Below, piece after piece: positions 1 through 12,349 of a DNA stretch of 64,000 bases (the stretch's first letter is position 1; every line of letters starts with the position of its first letter). A program made the position numbers and the translations under genes. The notes beneath the pieces are model-generated. The model saw only the letters and a program-made list of their open reading frames with translations. It was not told the origin of the DNA and searched no databases. The DNA is from Balanoglossus misakiensis (Eukaryota; Animalia; Hemichordata), in assembly GCA_040954595.2 (NCBI GenBank), contig CM082597.2, positions 3,688,014-3,752,013 of the forward strand, in the 5' to 3' direction.

Positions 1-3000
1 ACACACGCACCAGACTCAATTCAAAACAGCCAATCAGAGTTCACCACTGTTTATTGACCCTTGACCTTCCCGTAATCCCTGCCCAATGTCACCCAATGGC
101 AGCTGCAATTTGTTTGGCAAAGTCAAACTGTTTTTTTCTAGTAATGATGTGTGTTAGAGACAGTCGTGTTTACATTTCAACCGTATTTTAAACTTAAACT
201 TTGAGGGAAATATACATACGAGGGAGATAAGCTTTTGAAATGGAACTACTATTGGTAGCCTGGCGCTAGCTTATGCATACATGTATGTCCTATCTGACCT
301 TATGATACCTGGGACATCAAAGCACATTGCACACATGCAAAAATCAGTTGATATACCTAAGTACAGAGAGACATGTATCTATAAGCATTCCTCACAGTTT
401 CAATACTCTGCTGGTGCTACAAATATTTTCGCGCCTATGGTTAATTTGCCTGAAAGTGCGAAATTACATCAGAAGTGAACAACTGTGCCGTGTGTTTTGA
501 TTTTCTACAAATCACACCGAGCTAATTTGTGTACAATTGATTCCGTTTATCGCAGACTTGTGAAGGAGGCAACAAGTGCATTTTTTAAAGCTCTTGAAAC
601 CTTTCAGCCGATACTTAGCCCGTAATCGGAGTCAAGTCTGCGATAATTGACCCACTTTTGTGCGAACGAATTACTGGCATTCCCCCCGGTCTCTAATTCC
701 ACTCTCGGCTCTAAACACTGGGTGAACATGCCACACACTTGACGAGGAGTCGAACTGACAGCTATGCAGGGGCAGCGTTTTCAGACCCTCTGAGTACCGA
801 CCTAGTGTACACTGGAAGAAAATGTTGACTATGCGTTCTATTCATCAGATCGGCACCCGTCTCATCGGAACCACAAGAGTGTTTTTTTTTTATAAAGCCC
901 GCATGCACAATGTATAGTATCACAAAATTAAGAGTGTTTACAGTTCCTTGGCCATACCAGTACATGTACTACTTTCAAGACCTGGTAGCCGTGGAAACGA
1001 ACCACAAACTGGAAACCAGCCTATACTGAACACCTGCATACAACATGTACCAGTATCTCAGTAAGATCTGTTGTATATAGGTCCAATATGAACTGTATGT
1101 CCAGGTCAACGAATTATGAAACAAGTCACTGACATATACTGTGATCTAGCCAGATCTTAATACATGTGTGGCATTTTGGGGTTATTAATAATTTCTCCTG
1201 CAATTTCTCACTTCATGCTTGTCCCATCATGATACGCATGTCACAGTTAACATAAACAAAATCTGGTTATCAGGCTTAGCTTACACATCAACACCTACGG
1301 TATTACATATTCCGAATCTTTCCAGTGGCAGGAGTTGAAGTAACAGTATCTGGGTCAACGATCAGTTTTCCGTAACGGGAAACAGCTTTCGAAAATATGA
1401 TGCGTGCGATCAAATTTCCGTGTCTGCAAATCATGTCGACACTCAGGTACCTGATGGGTTTATAAGTAGGGCCAAAATTAGCTGTCATTACAAGATTTCC
1501 GAACTAAGATTACAAAAATGTGATATATGTTGTAGATCCCAGTAAATGTACCCACAGACATGTTTCATGATGTCCATTGCAGTATGTCAGGGGTATATGC
1601 TGGGTCTGAGATTGAGATATGCTGGCTTCTCAGAGCCCAAGACAAAACAGACTGAGACAAGAATGAAGAATACTCATTACTGAATCCAGACCATAGGGAA
1701 AGCGGCTTGCCTGACGAAGCACTGGAGTCTGAACTGAAGACAGACACCTCATGCACAGTGTACACTGTACATGTACATGCTTTGACGCATGTCAAATATG
1801 GATACTGAAAAAAGAAAGGTCAACACCCTATATACCAGACAATGGCGGGTCTGTTACCGAACGCCAAGGCACTCAATACACCCTGCAGTCACAGAACTAC
1901 ACACCCTGCACACAAGGCCCCCCTTTTAACCCAGACACTACAGCTGGTCTCTTTTTCATGTACAAGGCCCCTAAACACTGCACGCAGACCAAACCTCTAT
2001 TTGTCCAGGTAATCCAGCAGTTGAACAAGGCCGTTGATAATCGACATGTGTGCCTGTCAAAACAAGCGCTGTGCTGAATGTATGTAAGTACAGCTAAGGT
2101 CAATGTGGGGCTTCACAGAAAAGATCTGAACTGCATGGGTTAGCTCTGTGTTAGCCCAAGGCCAGCTCAGCTAAGCAAATTTAGCATCCCACTGCTTTGC
2201 TCAACGATAAGCATAACAAACAATACCGTAGCACAGATGACACAGTCTGCTAAAACAATAGTGGCAACCAGCTAACATTGGGCTAACCCAATGTTAACCC
2301 AGTGGTAGCTAAAATTTAGAAACTAACATTTGACTTAGTACTAAGACTGTTGACAACAAGTCTCAACTTTTGCTTTATATTAATTTCATCCAAATGATGG
2401 TACCTACCAGTATTTTTCTCTTCTTTTTTATTTGAATCAAAAGATTACAGCTGTTACCTGAGGCACAGAAATGTAAGGAATGTGGCCTTATAATTATAAT
2501 AATCATATCATAATGGAACTTAATAAATGCAACTTTAGGAGCTTTATTCTAAGAAAATAACTTTTTTGTGAGAGAGTTTACATAAATTACACGATCTCTC
2601 AATATTTTGAATTTTTCACAACTATTTATATAGTTTATATAACACTCATAAATAAAATAAACTGCAACATCACACTTCAATAATGCAGGTATGCATGTTG
2701 TGTCAGTCTCGCTGTATTAACATGTGTCACGTCATCACCACAGTTTCATATTTATAGCAGCCAACTTAAATTACATTATGTATATTTAAAGATTCACTGT
2801 CTACAGATTATTTCTGTATTCTTGGCAGGACATATCACATTGCCCTGATTCACCTCTCAATTTAAACTTTGATGAATCTTACAAATATTTACGATTGACA
2901 GTGACTGACTGATAGGTCAAGGGTCACAATGGGGGAAATAATATTGAGAGCGTTTTAAAACCGTGTTTCCGTGTATGGTAAATACATATATCCCAGCTTC

Positions 3001-3609
3001 AACAAGTTTATTGCTTTTTAAGCATGGAATAGGTTACTAAACCGACAGATTGCGCTCAAAAACAACCATATCAAAAGTTAAAACAGGGAGGCAGCCTCGC
3101 CAACGCTGGACATCCATCAAATATCATGGGCAGAGTAAAATTGGATTTTTTGATGTATTGGCGACGAAAATGTCTGATATTTCTCACTGTCGTGAAAAAT
3201 GCCGTGCACTGCATACAAATTATCTGTTTATCGGGGATCTTTCTGGCGTGCTTCCAGTCTAAGAACAACTGATGTACATTTCCGCCCAACCCGTGTCACA
3301 GTCTCACACAGCACATTGACTTCCGCTGAAAACGAAGCCACACGTTCAACGAACCCAGAAATAATTTTGCGCGGATCTCATTGTCGTAACTCGTGTACGA
3401 CGAACAGATCACGGGGAAAACCTAACAAGCGTGCGTGTACTTCTCAGCAGACAGTTTCTGTGTGGTTGTGCCAGACAAAGCTGGCTGCTTTCTTTCACGG
3501 TGTACGATTTCACTTTTCACAGACAAGAAAAATAACGTTCGCGTCGAGGGCAAGGCAAGCGCTGTGATTTTTCCCTGGAAGACGCGGTATAGTCAGGATA
3601 TTTACTTAC

Positions 3610-3810
3610 CAAATGAAAGGATACTATCCTATCCCAATTATCGCAGTTCTAGAACGTCAAAAAAGTCTGCTGAAATAGACCATCTCCGAAATAACACTAA
3701 CGAACTCGACACAGGTATATTTTGATCGCCATTTTGAAATTATTGTTGTTCTAGACTGGTCACGTGATTTGCAGCCGACGATCAATGTAACCTACTTTTT
3801 GATTGGTCGT
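3610..3810 (-). promoter_or_regulatory. Probable housekeeping-type promoter and non-coding first exon of a gene running leftwards out of the window
   Basis: Minus-strand GTAAGT donor at ~3604-3609, YY1-like CGCCATTTT ~3727, E-box GTCACGTG ~3759, CCAAT (ATTGG) ~3802, CpG-richer than flanks. No coding exon identified in 1-3600. Confidence 0.35.
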
Positions 3811-4375
3811 AGCGGTTTACATCCTTGAAGCCATCCTGTATGAGTCACAGACGGTCAAAGGTCAAAAAACGGTAAAAAAAAAAAAAACCCACAACAAAAG
3901 GTGGTGATTGTTTGACCGTCGGGGTCGCTGTCATCAGAATAATCAGTGTGAGTAAGTTGTATTTATCTGCTCTACGCCAGTAAACCATAGGCGTGCGGAC
4001 CAACATATCCGATCGTCACAAAAAGTACAGCTAAAACCTACTCATCGACAGACGAAACATGAAAGGACTGCGATAGCTGATGTTGATTTCAATAAATAAA
4101 CACAGCAGAACTAAACAAAACGTATCACTAAGGTTACCACATAACGGTCGAATTTCATGTCCAAGATTTGCAAGCTATGGATCTATTGTTCTATTTCCAA
4201 AGTAATTAACACGCTTGCAAATGCATGCACAGTATTTTACTGTAAACAAGTGACACAAGAAAATGACAAAACACACACGTATGATTTACTTTTAAGCCTT
4301 CATTTTAATATTGACATATGTCGACCAAAGGTCTCTCATAACATCTGGAAACTACATTGTCTTCAGTGTGCGTCG

Positions 4376-4615
4376 TCACCATTCTGGTTCCCGGTTTTCA
4401 CGTTCATGAACATCGACGGCTAGTCTCTCTTGTGAGTCTACAGACCGCTGGACATCTCGCTTCTCTACGCCAGACCGCAAACGGTCGTGCAAGTAGTTGT
4501 AGGGTCGCCCGCAGAGTGGTGGGCATCGTGTGGGCCAGGGCCACTGAGCTTCGCTTTGTTGGATCACCATGCCAACGACCAGAAACAGTACCAAAGCTGC
4601 TATAAGCCGTCTCAT
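4376..4615 (-). CDS. Small secreted peptide precursor 1 (79 aa): signal peptide + QWPWPTRCPPLCG... + KR + acidic tail
   Basis: ORF with hydrophobic signal ending SEA|Q and a dibasic KR site. Acceptor (ttgcag) just upstream of the ATG; non-coding exon 1 with donor at ~5224; TATAAAG at 5345-5351. Clear paralog of 5942-6175. Confidence 0.8.
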   Translation of the reverse strand: MRRLIAALVLFLVVGMVIQQSEAQWPWPTRCPPLCGRPYNYLHDRLRSGVEKRDVQRSVDSQERLAVDVHERENREPEW

Positions 4616-5941
4616 GTTTACTTTCCTGCAAGGAAAAATATCGCATGGTTACCATCTCTTTGAATATACCATCAAACATTTTACTCTATAAATGTGCATA
4701 TACCAAACAAACTACAGATCCTTATTAATTTGCGTCGGAATTTTCCCGGCAAGTAAGTACTGTACATAGCAGTGAAATATGGCACTTGAAGTCAAGAGGT
4801 AAAACGTTAATGGACGGCGTTTAACCAGAACAGTTGCATATGGACAGTACGAACGACTCCCCCTTTAAACACACGGTATCGCCTGAAGTGTGTCCATACT
4901 GTACTTTTCTTATTTTATGCGCACAAAATTGCATAAAACAGTTTGTAAAGTTGTTTTATCCATTGCAATAATTCGGAATTCGATGTAAACGATGGTTTTT
5001 GGATTCCACTGGTCATCAAAATAAAACGCCGCCTGTCCTTGACAGAAAAATAAATCAGAGTACCAATATGTTTCGTTGCCTTCGGGAGACACACCCATGA
5101 AAGAAAAACGCGCTAATAACAGTTCCACATGTATCACGTCAACTGTATCGCGCTGAATTCGCAAAATCAACTCTCTTGCTAAGATTTCCGTGCATTTCGA
5201 CGAAAGAAAAAAAAGACCATTTACCTTTCAAATCAGTTGAAAGCAGTTCGAATGGTGCAGGAGCGTGCAGGAACACAAACTATTGACGTTTTTTTCCTCG
5301 CTCGAGTTTTCTGTAGTTGGATTCACGACCCACCTATACATAGTCTTTATAATATGTCAGGATTTACATATTCATATTAAAATACTGAATTCATAACGAA
5401 ACATGCCAACTTAACTGTCATATATCACTATGAATCAATTACCGGTATGTTCAATACAAATCTATTGACGACAAGGAATTTAATAGACATGTCCTGCTCA
5501 TATTCGGCTGTGAGAGGATAAATTTGAGTTTTGTACCCGCACAACTACAAATATCACTGAGGTCTATGAATAACTTATTTCCGGTATCTGTACACAGTAT
5601 TCGTAGAAACAATACATAGTGACTATGTATAACTTGACAGTTAATAAAGCAACGTAATTATCGCCATGCCAATCTACAGTTGAGATAAAAATCGGGTGAC
5701 ATCTGCACACGTAAATGAATGTGGGTGTCCTGCTCGCCCGCGCAGGCCCTGGAGCTTCTGGATATATTGTGGGGAGGGCGCTCCACCATGCGAGGCATGA
5801 CCCAAGAAAAAATGAAGCAGCATTCACGTATAGTATACTTTGCATTCAGCCTTTATTTATTTATTGACATAATGTCGATCGACCAAGGGTCTTTCATGAC
5901 ATCGGGTGGCGTTCTCTCTAAGTGGTCTTCAGTTTTCGTCT

Positions 5942-6175
5942 TCACCAATGCGGTTGGTTGATTCCTCTTTGATAGACACCAGATGGTGGTGGTTGTCCTA
6001 TCTGCTGGATTCCTCTTTGCGAGTCTGGTCGCTTGATATCTCGCTCCTTCAAGCTAGACAGCCGGGAACTGCTTTTACTGCGGCCGTCTGGGAGGTTGCT
6101 CACCTGAGCTTCGCCTTGTTGGATCACCATGCCAAAGATCAGACACAGTAACAAACCTGTCATAAACAGTCTCAT
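5942..6175 (-). CDS. Small secreted peptide precursor 2 (77 aa), paralog of precursor 1
   Basis: MRLFMTGLLLCLIFGMVIQQGEAQ signal shares GMVIQQxEAQ with precursor 1. Same acceptor/ATG context; homologous non-coding exon 1 (donor ~6441); TATAAAG 6561-6567. Confidence 0.8.
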   Translation of the reverse strand: MRLFMTGLLLCLIFGMVIQQGEAQVSNLPDGRSKSSSRLSSLKERDIKRPDSQRGIQQIGQPPPSGVYQRGINQPHW

Positions 6176-6560
6176 GGTTTGCTTCCTGGAACGAACAAAA
6201 TGCACGGTAAAATTAACGTTAGTGGGAGAGCAGAGTTTCAAAAAACCGATGACTGTTGTTGTTGTTTTTTGCCTTGCTTGCCTTTTGGAATTTTCACTTA
6301 TTCAGCGGCTAATGGGGGCGAACATTGAGATATTTCAGATGTGAACATTTATCACTGAGAAGATGTCTCTAAATTACCACATTACTGGAATCACATTGAA
6401 CAAAATAAAAACCGTATAACCACAAGAAAAGAGAACATTACCTTTGAAATCAGTTGAAAGCAGCAAATTCTTATGATGCAGGAACACAAAGACTATTGAC
6501 GTTCTTCAGTCACCTGGGTTTTCTACAATTGTCTTGTCGACCCACCCACGTAGCATCCGT

Positions 6561-6585
6561 CTTTATATTTCGCCCTGATTTGCAT
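6561..6585 (-). promoter_or_regulatory. TATA box + octamer (ATGCAAAT) of peptide precursor 2; homologous TATA + ATGTAAAT at 5345-5369 for precursor 1
   Basis: CTTTATA at 6561-6567 and ATTTGCAT at 6578-6585; same spacing in the paralogous promoter. Confidence 0.55.
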
Positions 6586-7394
6586 ATTAATGGTTCTCTA
6601 TGCACACGAAATAGTTTTAGACTTTAAAATCAGGAAAAAAAAACACGTCTATTTCTTGATATGTGGCCAAAACCTCCCATATTAGACGTATGCAAATTAG
6701 GCATATTTCGGGTGCATTTCAATATGTTGTTTTAGACACCTCTCCAAAATACATTCTGAAGAAAAATATTCTGTTGCCATTTGTGGTGGGTCTAGCCCTA
6801 TGGACTATCTGCAGAAACTCCGACAGCCGCTCGTTTATTTTCGGTTTCGCTTAAAAACTGCCAGTATTAATCAAAAAGAAAGCCTTTTTCGGATCAAAAT
6901 ACTTGCTTCGGGAGTGTGTTGCTGGAATATGTTTGTCTTGGCTCCATACATTTTTTACTGAGGATGAACAAAACACCAACTAAATGAGCGCGTGTAACAC
7001 TTCATAGCATCGAGTGAGTGACATTTTTACACGCATGACAGTGATATCACAATGTTACTTGACTACCATAATGTAATTATACCAGAGAAACCATAAATTC
7101 AAGTTAGTTCATGACGTTTATTTGCGATACTCAAGGTATAAACTAATTGTTATAAGACCGCAAGTGGTTATTAGTTGAGGAGTTTGTTGTTCAAATTCCA
7201 CACAATCACCCGGGCGTGTGTGGCAACAATAGCAGATACATCGACAAGAACTATGTCCACAACATCTGACAGGCAGGCAAAGTCAAAAAGGGGATTATAT
7301 AAAAAGACACTCAGAAAAAAACTAATACAATAAAATTTGACAGCTTATGAGAAATGTGCCCACAATAAAAAATGTTTCCAGGTCGAATTATTTC

Positions 7395-8588
7395 TTAGGA
7401 AACGTTACCAAGAACGTCGGGTGTTATGTTGATGTTCATCACGTCCTTGTTTTTGACAAATCGAATCTCACATACGTCGGTCGACGTGGTGAATTCGCTT
7501 CTGCTGTTCTCATACTCCAATAGAACCTGCCTGGACAGGAACGCTAAAGCCGGGCCTTCGCCTTTCTGCAACAGGCTTTTGGTGGAATCGCGGGCCTTCC
7601 CCGTTTTCTCGATGCCGTCAGCGATGGCGCTTTCGGCGCTGGCGATGGCCTGGTCCCGGTGCTTGAACTCATTGTCGACGGTCTGGATGAGCTCGCGTTG
7701 GCTCCGCGTGACCCTGTCGTCGATGTGACCCAACAAGGCGGCTACGGCTTTGGAGCGTTGTTGGACGCCCTCTTTGATCTCCCGGCAGACTCGCTCGTTC
7801 TCTCGCCGCTCATTTTGCAGTTCCCGCAGGCTTCTGTCCACCTCCAGTGATTTCTGCTTGGCTTGCTCCAAAACGGTTCGAAGCTGAACTAACTTTCTGG
7901 CCACCGCTTCGTCGAGACTCTCGTGCTGGTGCCCATCGACCGGGTGGTCTCTCCTGGAACATTGTGAGCATATGGGTCTGTCACAGGTCTTGCAGAAGAC
8001 GTCGAGGTCGTTCTGAGCGTGCAGCGGACACGGCACGACCCGCTCAAACGGGGACCCCCTGCTCAGCGCCTGCCGGTATTCCTCGATCCCCTTCGTGTAG
8101 TGGTTTCTCGCCATCGGGATGTTCCTGTGCTTCCGCTTGCACTCGACGCAGAACGCAACCCGGCAACTGGTGCAGAAGACGCGGGGGTCCCTGCTGTCGC
8201 ACGAGCCGCAGCTCCTGGACCTGCGCAGGGCCTCCCTGGCGCCGAAGTACTCGATCACGTCCTCCACGAAGAAGTTGTCGGGGAGCGACTCTATGCCGCC
8301 GAGGGGGAGCGTGTCTTCTCTCGCCTTGCACAGCGGGCAGATGAAGCCTTTGAAACCGCGCTTGCGGGGAACGCTCTTCAGACAAGCCATGCAGAAGTAA
8401 TGGAAGCACGGCAGCACCTTTATCGGGCTGGTGAACATGTTGGTACAGAGAGGACACTCGTATAACTTTTGAGCACTCTGCGGCTCGCCTGCTCCCCGGA
8501 AATTTCGTCTTCGCTGCTCGCCACCCCCATGGATCATTTGAGAACCTTGATTCGATTCTGGGGTAATTCTTGAAGCACCGCTTCCCAT
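7395..8588 (-). CDS. TRIM/RBCC protein (RING - B-box1 - B-box2 - coiled coil), TRIM56/45-like, no C-terminal domain seen
   Basis: 397-aa ORF with CPLC..LPCFHYFC..C..CPLC RING, C-x2-C..C-x2-C B-box1, CPLH..FC-x2-C..IC-x2-C..H B-box2 and a helical coiled-coil region. Confidence 0.9.
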   Translation of the reverse strand: MGSGASRITPESNQGSQMIHGGGEQRRRNFRGAGEPQSAQKLYECPLCTNMFTSPIKVLPCFHYFCMACLKSVPRKRGFKGFICPLCKAREDTLPLGGIESLPDNFFVEDVIEYFGAREALRRSRSCGSCDSRDPRVFCTSCRVAFCVECKRKHRNIPMARNHYTKGIEEYRQALSRGSPFERVVPCPLHAQNDLDVFCKTCDRPICSQCSRRDHPVDGHQHESLDEAVARKLVQLRTVLEQAKQKSLEVDRSLRELQNERRENERVCREIKEGVQQRSKAVAALLGHIDDRVTRSQRELIQTVDNEFKHRDQAIASAESAIADGIEKTGKARDSTKSLLQKGEGPALAFLSRQVLLEYENSRSEFTTSTDVCEIRFVKNKDVMNINITPDVLGNVS

Positions 8589-10142
8589 GTCAAATTAAGT
8601 AGTAGTCTAGAATGATATAAAATAAATATTTTGTAAGATTAACACTGCTTACAGCAGTCATGGAACGATAAAGTAGCCAAGCCCATCAGTCGCCATGTGA
8701 CTGATTGTTTGTACTCCTGGCAACGGTTCAACTAATGTACAAGTTCTATTTGTCTATAAGTACCTTAAAATAAGAAATACCTGAAATAAACACAATAATT
8801 CTCCACACTATACTTTAATTTGTACCGTAAACGCCGATTGCGTTCAATACCACATGAACTCATACCAACCATCGCTCTTACCAACGCAATTTCGATATTT
8901 AGAATTTCACGTCTCTTTACGAAGTACTACATTTCGGGCAGCACCTTTGTATAATGTCGCCATTTTGCGCGGAGATATAGATAACAGGGCGATATCTGTG
9001 TTACCGCCGAACATCAAATCAGAGTCGGAAGCACCAGAGGCCAAAAATGAACTGGCACACTCACCAACACAGAGAATACATACAAACCACCACTTTCACT
9101 TCTTTGTATTAGGCCTATAGGTAAAGACTGGAGATGAGAATCACCTTAGCTACCGGGAGGACGCGGAACGAAATGCCTGGAATAGATCACTTCCTCGACT
9201 GGACAAGTGTGACATGGAAGTAGCCACACCTTGAAAACTGTCGCAAATGTGCCCCAGCCTTCCTGCAACGGTCTATACATGCTGTATGGTCCCTTGGTTT
9301 AATCAATTAATTAATGTGTAATCTATAGACTGTAATTACACTACCGGGTACCAATCGAACACCAGGCTCAAACATGAGACATTCTTTTGTAGCGATGAAT
9401 ATTTATCGGCGCGGATACCGGCAAGTCACGACCGACTGATACCAACGTACCGAAGATGATATGTCATACTTTTAAAAAAACATCACGGGGAGTCGATAAC
9501 AACACACGGGGTTTCGACACAGCCTAAACGCGTTCAATGAGATACGATACTGTCAGTGTTTGCAGGACTCAAGGCAAAGTTTCAAAATGGCTGCAATTTT
9601 CGTGCACGTGTTCACCGATTGACACAAGCGTGGTATTGTATTGGAATGAACTTTCCTAAAATCATGAAATATGGCGTATTTCTGTGTGCTAGAAATCAAA
9701 CTGCATTATGTAATGGACGTGACAATGAATAACACTGCATAGTAATGTTGGCATTGGCCAGGTGTGTATCTATTGTTACGACATGCTGGCCACACCAGTC
9801 GAAAAGTGTTGGCCGTACACATTGGCGAGGGTTCACTGACTTGGTTTGTCACAACCTCGAGTAAGTCTTCGGGTTATAAGAAAGGATGGTCAAGTAATGG
9901 ACAAAAACGCAAAATTTATCGGAATATCAGGAGTTTAGTTAATTGCAGAATTGGAAGCGATAGTAAAGGATATTATGTTAAATATTAACAAAGTTTGACG
10001 CCATGCAAAAATGAGAAAAACATTTGTCCAAAGTACAAGTAACCCCATTCGATAAAGTCAAGTTCACTGTAAATTGAAAAGTTGAAAGACTTTGCGGCCA
10101 CGAGGTTGGGAACTGATGTAATGTCTATGGAAGCGTCGTCGT

Positions 10143-11760
10143 CTAACTGGGATCGGCTCCGTAATCGCCCTCTAGTGGTAGATACGTCGGCTTCGGTTTT
10201 AAGAGCACCGATAAGCAGATGAGAGAGCCGCCGGCTAAAGCCATCGGTATTGAACAGCACCCGATGACCGTCGAGTGGCCCGCGTGGTGGGAGACGCTGG
10301 TTTCATCCAATCCGTCGATGAAGTTGACGCTATACGCGATGATGGCCACGAGAACAAGCAGCCCTGTTCGAAAGGTAAACATAGTGTACATGTATTCGCT
10401 ACTTTGTAACAGATGCATTGTGAATGTGAGCGTGTGTGTAGCAACCGCCCGGTGCAAAGAAAGACATTTTCACAGGGAACTGAATATAACCAACGCTGGC
10501 AATGACTGATCCAATACGAGCAAAAACTGTGCAGTACTACAGAGTATTGTAAATTTGACTGATTTTGCGCCAACAGGACTTCTGGTTTCGAGTCTGCCTT
10601 ATTTTCTCACTTTACAGTGAAAGTGTGGTGACGGATTTTCAATTTCAATACAATAAGCACGCAGGCGACACATTTGCCTACTATGGGCATGATTTAACTC
10701 AAAGTTTGGTCCACATCTGATAACCACTGACCATTGACCACTGGACAAACATTTCAGTAAAACTTACCTGTGATAAAAATGAAGGCGCCAAATGTTAACA
10801 CAATTTTCCCGCCTGCAAACTTCCGAGCATAAGCAACCACAATCATGATGGAAAGTCCCGCGACTACACAAGCAGTAATCATGAAGGCACGAGAGAAATG
10901 GATGTAGCCTGTAAAGGGAACGACGAGGAAATTATTATTGAGTCTTGATACAATATCACATGCTGAAATGCATATTTATAAATAGGTGAAATGATCCTGT
11001 CACCATTTGCAATATTATTCAGTTATGTACGTATATACTATTGCCATAAAAATATTTAACATTCGATTTCCGCTGAAAGCATGGATTTATCCATGTTTAC
11101 TTTTAACTTTGTTTCCAAATAGGGGTGTTATTGTTTTCTGAAGTGGGAGGGGTTTAAACTACGTTAATGTCCACCTCTGAACATTCAACGATTTTATGTC
11201 ATGACCTTTAGACTCTGGAACTGTTATTTTGGTTTTGTTTAAGTAATCAATGCAATGTGACAGAACACATGCAGATGTGGCATGCATGTCCACTGCAGGT
11301 CTTTATTTATGTCACTGTGTAAATATTTTGATTATAGCCCAAACAATTGACATCCAAAATGTTATATGAACAAACTGCAGATAAAACGGGTCTGTAATTG
11401 AATAAGTGGTCATGGCGACGGATCGTGACATGCAATGATATTTTAGTGATCAAAACAATAGCAGAGAATGGACGTTTCCAAGATGGCTGCCACTCAGCCA
11501 TACTAAACAACACACGCTGACATCATTTCGCGCCGCCATTTTTTCTTACCCGGAACTCCGTCATCGAAAGCCCTGCCAATGTTTTGACACCCGGTGGCGT
11601 TGCTGCAAATCCGCCAGAGCCCCGAGTTGTAGTCTTCGTGAGTTTCTTGCGACATCATCCAGAAATCCGTAGCTGTGCACAAGATGTACATCAACACCGA
11701 CGAGCAGGCCAGCGCAACGCCTAATATCAGAAGTCCGCGGTGAATCAGTGGGGATGGCAT
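10143..11760 (-). CDS. Claudin/PMP22/EMP-superfamily tetraspan protein A (exons 11550-11760, 10768-10908, 10143-10363)
   Basis: TM1 + W..GLWRIC-x-C extracellular-loop signature, 'SRAFMITAC' TM2, TM3 and TM4; phase-1 GT-AG introns join in frame. Confidence 0.85.
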
Positions 11761-12349
11761 GACTGCGCTGTCCGCGTGCTTATCGTCAAATTGAGTCAAG
11801 TATCTAGGCAATATTCTCCTGGATGCGAACTTCCACTGTTGGTTTGGATTTGACCAAACTCTGCATTTATCTTAACGGCGCTCGTTCCATGATGATTTGC
11901 GAAGACAATAAACTTTGAACCATGTTTATGACCCACCTGTATCCCCGTCCCCTTTACTATTATGTTAACCATTAAAACGCATACCTTATCCACTAAGCTA
12001 CACCAGTCAGAATTACAATATTCACGAAAAAAAAAATTTAATTTAATTCATGTGATATGTTCACATTATCATATTTTAGAATGTTAGCATACGAGAAAAT
12101 ATATATTCATGATTTCAGATTTAACACATGAACGTATAGTTTCCGAACATATGATAAAAATTATCATGCGTATAAGTATCGCAATTGAAGACCATTTTAT
12201 TCAAGATATCCTGCACTTTGACCCAGATATCCGCATCGGAAGGTCATCTGGGGTAAGTGCAGGGGGTGACGATAGCAGGCTCCAACGCCCATTTACCCAG
12301 ACCACGCGCCGTTAAAATGATACCTTGATTTCTACTCTACCCGTTCACG

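Noticed and set aside
1-3600. Short ORFs in the first 3.6 kb
   Set aside because: No motifs or convincing exon structure; most likely intronic or repeat-derived.
7426-8465. Overlapping antisense and alternate-frame ORFs on the TRIM genes (also 40869-42825)
   Set aside because: By-products of GC-rich codon usage; no recognisable motifs.
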